DNA from: an uncultured virus (IMG/VR IMGVR_UViG_3300022927_000016)
Taxonomy: Duplodnaviria; Heunggongvirae; Uroviricota; Caudoviricetes
Length of the DNA stretch: 20,000 nt
IMG/VR virus record: IMGVR_UViG_3300022927_000016
Reading direction: 5' to 3' (one strand)
A program made the translations under genes and the position numbers. Each line of letters opens with the position of its first letter. Position 1 is the first letter of the stretch. Under the pieces are notes generated by a model. That model saw only the letters and a program-made list of their open reading frames with translations, had not been told where the DNA came from and made no database searches. Positions 16,538 through 20,000 of the stretch are shown here, piece after piece.

Positions 16538-17964
16538 ATGACAAAACAAAATAGAGATTATGGTTATGATGTACAAAAAGTATATCTAGAAATGATGCTG
16601 AGTGATGCACAATCATTTGTGCGTTGTCAGACAATCTTTGACCATTCTTTGTTTGATAGAAAACTACAAAACGCCGCAGAATTTATTAATGAATATGTTA
16701 CAAATCATAACGCATTACCTACAGAAGATATGGTCAATGCTAACTGTAAAACAGATTTAAAGATTCCTACAGGATTACGTGAAGAACACTATGATTGGTT
16801 ATTGCAAGAATTTGAAACGTTTACTAGACATAAAGGTTTAGAAAGAGCAATCCTTGAAAGTGCTAACTTACTTGAAGAAGGTAACTATGGTCCTGTAGAA
16901 GAAAAAATTAAGAATGCAGTCCAAGTAGGACTAACAAAAGATCTAGGTACAGATTACTTTGAAGATCCTAAAGCAAGACTTATGGGACTTAAAGATAACA
17001 ACGGACAAGTAAGCACAGGTTGGAAGACACTTGACAGGAAACTGTTTGGTGGATTTAATAGAGGTGAACTGAATATCTTTGCAGGCGGTTCGGGTGCAGG
17101 TAAATCTTTGTTCTTGGCTAACTTAGGAGTAAACTGGGCACTCAACGGAATGAATGTTGTGTATCTAAGTTTTGAGTTAAGTGAAGCACTTGTAGCAATG
17201 CGTATTGATAGTATGGTAACTGATGTTCAACTAAAGAAATTTTTAAAGATCTTGACGGCGTTGAAATGAAAGTTAAACTAATTGGTAAGAAGTCTGGAGC
17301 ATTCCAAGTCAAGTATATGCCAAGTGGTAAAAATGCAAACGACATTAGAAGTTACGTAAAAGAGTATGAAATTAAAACAGGTAAAAAGATTGACGTATTA
17401 TTAATTGACTACTTAGACTTGATGATGCCAATGAGTAGAAAAGTGTCACCGAGTGATTTGTTTATTAAAGATAAATTTGTATCAGAAGAATTACGTAATC
17501 TTGCAATGGAAACGCAAACTGTATTTGTAACTGCATCACAATTGAACAGAGGGGCTGTTGAAGAAATTGAATTTGATCACTCGCACATCTCAGGTGGTTT
17601 GAGTAAGATTCAAACAGCAGATAATGTGATTGGTATCTTTACTAGTAGAGCAATGCGTGAACGAGGACGTTATCAGATACAGTTAATGAAAACAAGAAGT
17701 TCAAGTGGCGTTGGTAGTAAGATTGATTTAGAATTTGACGTTGACAGTTTACGTATTAGAGATCTTGAAGAAGACGATGATACAAACTCATATGGTACAT
17801 CTAAAGCAGGATCAAGTATATTATCAGGACTACAAAGATCATCAACAACATCAAGCGATACTGAAACTATTGAACCTAATGAAGGTGCTCCAGTTAAGAA
17901 AGTAAAAGCAGATGTTGATAGCACTAAGTTACGTGAATTCTTAGGTAACTTAGGCAATGACTAA
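16538..17964 (+). CDS. Replicative DnaB/T4 gp41-like helicase, split into two ORFs (16538..17269 and 17266..17964) by a -1 frame change at ~17224-17266
   Basis: ORF1: STGWKTLD, Walker A GGSGAGKS, YLSFELSE; ORF2: LIDYLDLM, SEELRNLA, TASQLNR, KIQTADNV, MKTRSS. Confidence 0.9.
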
Positions 17965-17973
17965 ATCGTAAAG

Positions 17974-17980
17974 ATAAATA
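17974..17980 (+). promoter_or_regulatory. T4-type late promoter candidate
   Basis: ATAAATA in the intergenic gap, then GGGAG SD and GTG 18003. Confidence 0.5.
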
Positions 17981-18002
17981 TTTTTGTACAAGGGAGTATG
18001 AA

Positions 18003-18515
18003 GTGTCTGATACACTTGTTCTAAATGCCGATGCCAAACCTTACAGTGTTTTACCATTGTCAACTATCACGTGGCAAGAATCAATCAAATATCTAGTTTT
18101 AGAAAAAGTTACAGTACTCGAATGGTATGACGATTGGCTAGTAAGTTCTATGGAATGGGAAACTCGTGTTCCTGCTGTAGTTATGGTTAAGAAGTATGTG
18201 CGTAAAAATTCTAGTGTACGCTTTACTAAATTTAATATGATGTTGCGGGATAGTTTTACTTGTCAATACTGTGAAGAAGTGTTACATCGAAATATCTGTA
18301 CTATGGATCATGTCGTTCCTGTAAGTAAAGGAGGTCGAACTACTTGGACAAATGTAGTTACAGCCTGTGGACCTTGCAATGTAGCAAAAGGCGATAAACT
18401 ACATCCAAAACCAATTCGTCAACCTTTTAAGCCTACCTACTATGATCTAGTTAAAAATAAAGAACATCTACAGTACAAACTAAAACACGAAAGTTGGAAA
18501 AACTTTATTTTTTAG
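18003..18515 (+). CDS. HNH endonuclease (McrA-like, zinc-binding)
   Basis: TLVLNADAKP, LRDSFTCQYC, TMDHVVPVSKGG, WTNVVTACGPCNVAKG. Confidence 0.92.
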   Translation: MSDTLVLNADAKPYSVLPLSTITWQESIKYLVLEKVTVLEWYDDWLVSSMEWETRVPAVVMVKKYVRKNSSVRFTKFNMMLRDSFTCQYCEEVLHRNICTMDHVVPVSKGGRTTWTNVVTACGPCNVAKGDKLHPKPIRQPFKPTYYDLVKNKEHLQYKLKHESWKNFIF

Positions 18516-18521
18516 TTGTTC

Positions 18522-18676
18522 AAGGGTAAAAATGCCCCTATGCGACAGACGTCTTAAATGCATGAAAATCACCCCTAAATGGCTCTTATTTGCCGACTTA
18601 AGGAGTTTTACTATACAATGTATATCAAACAGGGTTTTATGCGAGTAACGGTGTTTTAACCGCTTTTAAGACGCCT
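18522..18676. other. Structured non-coding element (nested inverted repeats); function unknown
   Basis: Closing stem AGACGTCTTAAA (18547-18558)/TTTAAGACGCCT (18665-18676) around several internal stems, plus a GGGTA/TGCCC hairpin upstream. Confidence 0.55.
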
Positions 18677-18688
18677 ATTATATATGTA

Positions 18689-18696
18689 TATAAGTA
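18689..18696 (+). promoter_or_regulatory. Late-promoter-like motif
   Basis: TATAAGTA (one mismatch to T4 TATAAATA) 5 nt before ATG 18702. Confidence 0.4.
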
Positions 18697-18701
18697 CTAG
18701 T

Positions 18702-19286
18702 ATGATTAAAGATTTTATAGGTGTGTTTGACAATCAACTCGATCCAGAGTACTGTCAAACTGTAATTGATTACTATCACCAACAAGAAGGAACACGTATA
18801 CTTACACGCCAAACTGCTAACGAGCAAGCACCAAAGATGAACAAGGACGGTGCGATGCTATATGACGAAGGTGAGTCTGGTACGTTTGCTTTAAGTATGA
18901 ACAAACTGCTAGAGCCTTACTACAATGCTCTTCAAAATTGTATACTAGATTATACACAAGAATTTGGTGTGTTCGAAAATCTTAATCCAATTCAAATATC
19001 ACATTCGATTAAAATACAACATACCCGCCCTACAGAAGGATATCATATTTGGCACTGTGAACACGCAAGTCGCGATACAGGACAACGTGCTTTATTGGCT
19101 ATGGCTTATTTGAATACTGTAAAAGAAGGTGGCGAAACAGAGTTCTTGTATCAAAGCAGACGCATACCTGCGACACAAGGAACTATTATGATTTGTCCTG
19201 CAGGATTTACTCATACACATAGAGGCAATCCTCCACTAAGTGGTGACAAATATGCTATCACCACTTGGTTGGAGTTTACTCACTAA
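18702..19286 (+). CDS. 2OG-Fe(II) oxygenase (prolyl-4-hydroxylase-like)
   Basis: KIQHT, GYHIWHCE, MAYLNTVKEGGETEF, PAGFTHTHRGNPP, KYAITTW; start 18702 (or 18684). Confidence 0.92.
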   Translation: MIKDFIGVFDNQLDPEYCQTVIDYYHQQEGTRILTRQTANEQAPKMNKDGAMLYDEGESGTFALSMNKLLEPYYNALQNCILDYTQEFGVFENLNPIQISHSIKIQHTRPTEGYHIWHCEHASRDTGQRALLAMAYLNTVKEGGETEFLYQSRRIPATQGTIMICPAGFTHTHRGNPPLSGDKYAITTWLEFTH

Positions 19287-19481
19287 TTACCAGTTATTAG
19301 TAGATTTAGTAGACTGATGGCCTAAGATTTTATCTTTATTAAGACCATGCTTTACTACATAACCAGAAGTACCATTGGCATTTACTTCCACCTCATGACG
19401 AGCCTTCCATAATTCCATTTCTTTCTTTTTACGTAGTTGTTGCTCAGAATATTGCTTGAGCATAAATGAGTGTCTATCCAT
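19287..19481 (-). CDS. Small basic protein (64 aa) downstream of a glutamine riboswitch
   Basis: Strong SD AAGGAGG just upstream of ATG 19481; fills the gap; stop abuts the convergent gene. Confidence 0.85.
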   Translation of the reverse strand: MDRHSFMLKQYSEQQLRKKKEMELWKARHEVEVNANGTSGYVVKHGLNKDKILGHQSTKSTNNW

Positions 19482-19503
19482 GTCACCCTCCTTTTTAAAG
19501 TTA

Positions 19504-19554
19504 GGTGCGTTCCTTCGACATAGTGTCTACTTCCAAGCGTATTGCTCGAACGTA
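19504..19554 (-). ncRNA. Glutamine-I riboswitch (glnA RNA motif)
   Basis: Minus strand: ACGUUC-GAGC(AAUAC)GCUU-GGAAGUA-GACA(CUA)UGUC-GAAG-GAACGCACC, i.e. P1 CGUUC/GAACG, P2, GGAAGUA junction with AGUA/GAA E-loop, and P3, as in the glnA motif consensus. Confidence 0.88.
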
Positions 19555-19558
19555 TTAG

Positions 19559-19565
19559 TATTTAG
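19559..19565 (-). promoter_or_regulatory. T4-type late promoter candidate driving the riboswitch transcript
   Basis: CTAAATA on the minus strand, a few nt upstream of riboswitch P1. Confidence 0.55.
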
Positions 19566-19605
19566 CATAGCAGGTATGTGTTTTGGGTATATTATAGTAG
19601 ATCTT

Positions 19606-20000
19606 TTAGCGTACTTCAATCCAACCTAGACTTGCAAAGCCATCTTTGTTTGCAACAGTCGATGCCATAGCAATAAGGAATGTGTCACTGGTATCGCCCA
19701 GCGTGGTTGTAGTTCTTCTATCAATCTGTGTGATTGCTCGTTCGTTAAATCTAAAGATGTTGCCTTGTCCGCTTGAACTTACATAGATTGTTTCAACAGG
19801 AATGCCTCCTGTATAACCAGTTGCGGTTATGTTGTATTCAATGGGCGAATCGTCACTATAACTTACCCAAGTGCCGCCTGTGATGACAGCACCTTCTACT
19901 GCCCTAGCAAACACGTTAGAGTTATCCAATGTTGCCGCAGAGAATGAATCAGGTAGTACTACGCTGTTGAGTGCTGTGCTTTTCAATCTAATAGCAACCA
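19606..20000 (-). CDS. C-terminal part of a probable virion structural protein (5' end outside the window)
   Basis: Frame is open to the window edge (VAIRLKSTALN...); Thr/Ser/Gly-rich; ends FASLGWIEVR. Confidence 0.65.
   Translation of the reverse strand, partial: VAIRLKSTALNSVVLPDSFSAATLDNSNVFARAVEGAVITGGTWVSYSDDSPIEYNITATGYTGGIPVETIYVSSSGQGNIFRFNERAITQIDRRTTTTLGDTSDTFLIAMASTVANKDGFASLGWIEVR

Noticed and set aside
17770..17900. Ser/Thr/Asp-rich stretch at the helicase C-terminus as an insertion or repeat
   Set aside because: Low-complexity, probably disordered tail in frame with the helicase; no nucleotide repeat unit
577..17957. Short antisense or nested ORFs in the track (577, 1903, 5874, 6163, 7503, 8107, 9174, 9859, 11252, 12220, 12417, 12743, 14283, 15235, 15588, 15897, 16386, 16954, 17142, 17673)
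   Set aside because: They lie within or opposite well-supported genes, lack SD sequences and recognisable motifs, and are expected shadow ORFs
18003..18515. HNH gene as IscB/Cas9-like nuclease or as an intron-encoded homing endonuclease
   Set aside because: Only 170 aa with no RuvC motifs or PLMP N-terminus; flanking genes are not halves of one interrupted gene
18522..18540. Hairpin after the HNH stop as a rho-independent terminator
   Set aside because: Short stem with a G-T pair and no U-run downstream on either strand; treated as part of the larger structured element
1..20000. Alternative genetic code (stop-codon reassignment) as seen in some large phages
   Set aside because: Coding density is near complete in code 11; TAA, TGA and TAG all end genes at sensible places, and the only broken gene needs a frame change, not readthrough
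1..20000. CRISPR array, tRNA/rRNA genes, long tandem repeats, transposases
   Set aside because: No repeat-spacer periodicity, cloverleaf with T-loop consensus or transposase motifs seen; intergenic space is too small apart from 18516-18701 and 19482-19605

Overview
AT-rich, densely packed segment of a large T4-like (myovirus-type) dsDNA phage genome in the standard genetic code, almost all on the + strand with many ATGA/TAATG gene overlaps. From left to right: (1) a four-gene glycosyltransferase cluster (three capsule-synthesis-like paralogues plus one GT-A enzyme); (2) a hypothetical gene and a UvsW-like SF2 helicase; (3) an accessory block (possible Hint-like protein, SAM methyltransferase, 2OG-Fe(II) oxygenases, cupin, SGNH-like protein); (4) replication genes: gp62-like clamp-loader subunit, a 189-aa miniature DnaE/Pol III alpha core, a primase, and a DnaB/gp41-like helicase broken by a -1 frame change; (5) a carbamoyltransferase with only the N-terminal domain; (6) an HNH nuclease followed by a strongly structured ~150-nt non-coding element; (7) a glutamine-I (glnA-motif) riboswitch in front of a 64-aa basic ORF on the - strand. 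Four near-consensus sigma70 promoters (TTGACT/TAGACT-N17-TATAAT/TATACT) and several T4-type late-promoter motifs are visible. The best leads are the riboswitch-controlled small protein, the minimal DnaE, and the structured element behind the HNH gene. All family calls come from motif recognition by eye; no database search was run.
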